From: Pristiophorus japonicus
Taxonomy: Eukaryota
DNA length: 64,000 nt
Direction: 5' to 3'
Assembly (NCBI RefSeq): GCF_044704955.1
Contig: NC_091983.1
Location: forward strand, 18,600,001-18,664,000
Position numbers and translations under genes: made by a program. The notes beneath the pieces are model-generated. The model was not told the origin of the DNA. It saw only the letters and a program-made list of their open reading frames with translations, and searched no databases. This document shows positions 62,639 to 64,000 of the stretch, in pieces; position 1 is the stretch's first letter, and every line of letters starts with the position of its first letter.

Positions 62639-63242
62639 ACGCCGGGGCAGCCCAGAATTAAATGTAAAAGATGTGGGGTCACATTTGTATCCAGGTCGCC
62701 TGGGCAGCAATCTGTTGCGGCAGATCACACACCCTTTATAGAACCTTTAGCGTTTCATTATATCGATGGAAGAATAATCAGGAGGGTTCAATAAAGGGCG
62801 GGCGGTCCTTGTGCCCAGGCAGTGAAGATGAAACTGTAACCGTGGAAGATTTGCTGTACTGGTAAAGTAGAATAGTAGAAAGGATGCAACAAAGAAGGTA
62901 TTGTATGTGAAAATAGCGGGGCTATGCAAAATGCATTGCACACTATAATGGGAGAGTGAATATGACACAGGAAGGGATTTCCATTGGGAAAATGATCCTG
63001 TGGCAATCCTCACTACTCTTAGGTTTTCAAAAAATTGCATGTGATAGATGAGCACAGCACGCAACAGCAGGCAGATCCGCAGACTGGCAGGTCCTGATGT
63101 ATAAGGAAAGAAAAAGGTAAAATGATTCGGGAGGGGCGCGGCTTGCTTGGATGGCACTGGAGATGGGAATAGTCAAAGAACTGGTTATATATACCACGTC
63201 AGTCAGAAAGTCTATACCGATATAACAATACAGTCAAACATT

Positions 63243-63641
63243 CATAAGAACATAAGAATTAGGAGCAGGGATAGCCCATTCGGCCCCTTGAGCCTGCTCC
63301 GCCAGTCAATGAGATCATGGCTGATCTTCTACCTCCACTTTCCTGCACTATCCCCATATCCCTTGATTCCCTTAATATCCAAAAATCTATCGAGCTCTGC
63401 CTTGAATATACTCAAAGACTTCTGGGGTAGAGAACTCCAGAGATTCACCACCCTCTGGGTGAAGAGGTTTCTCCTCATCTCAGTCCTCAATGGCCGACCC
63501 CTTATTCTAAGACTGGGCCCCTGGTTCCTGACTCCCCAACCAGGGGAAACATCCTTCCTGCATCTACCCTGTCAAGCCCTGTAAGAATTTTGCATGTTTC
63601 AATGAGATCACCTCTCATTCTTCTAAACTCGAGAGAATATA
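63243..63641 (-). mobile_element. CR1 3' fragment
   Basis: cataagaacataagaattaggagcagg; minus frame YSLEFRRMRGDLIETCKILTGLDRVDAGRMFP. Confidence 0.92.
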
Positions 63642-64000
63642 GGCGGTACAGCAGGTCCAACTTCACCTCGCTTGGGGAATAGATGCCTGTAATCAAAATG
63701 AAGAGATACCTCGTACGTGCTCGCAAAAATCACTGGGTATTGTCAGGTTATAGGAGTGCCTGCTGATATGAGTTAATCAATGCATTGTACTGGTGAGTTC
63801 TCTCAGCTCTCCCTAATAATGGATGGCCCTAGTTAAATAAAAGGCAGCTGGAGCAATCTGTTAATGCTAGAACCATTACAGAATGATAAGGTCTGGCACG
63901 CTTCAGTGGAACAGACAACAAAAATTGACAGCGTTGGACAAATGCTGAGAGCGCAGATCGGAGCTTCCGTGCAGTAATGTGGGAAGGTTTTAATGTGTAT

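Noticed and set aside
62640-63240. Unique purine-rich segment with a 136-aa minus ORF and an acceptor-like site
   Set aside because: No recognisable protein or repeat similarity in the frames I translated; left unassigned.

Overview
Repeat-dense vertebrate genomic DNA. The repeat repertoire (HER1-type CR1 LINEs, L2 LINEs, SacSINE1-type DeuSINEs, Penelope-derived elements, PIF/Harbinger derivatives) points to a cartilaginous fish, most likely a shark. I could not support any host protein-coding exon, RNA gene or CRISPR array; the ORFs I can identify are decayed transposon frames and the rest look like noise, so this looks like a large intron or intergenic region. Main contents: many 5'-truncated CR1 and L2 copies, often nested up to three levels; a 5'-deleted Gypsy pol with one LTR that carries a CTCF-like motif; an RTE 3' end with a matching SINE; two young Tx1-clade 3' ends with TSDs and twin covarying hairpins; Harbinger derivatives with Myb/SANT and HARBI1 remnants and 3-bp TSDs; fold-back Penelope-derived elements carrying degenerate minimal hammerhead ribozyme motifs; two minisatellites; and a 481-N assembly gap. 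No clearly new biological system is demonstrable. The best leads are the hammerhead-bearing fold-back elements, the Tx1 twin hairpins and an unexplained hairpin cluster at 6.25-6.51 kb. Family assignments come from my recall of consensus motifs, not from database searches, and boundaries of decayed elements are approximate.
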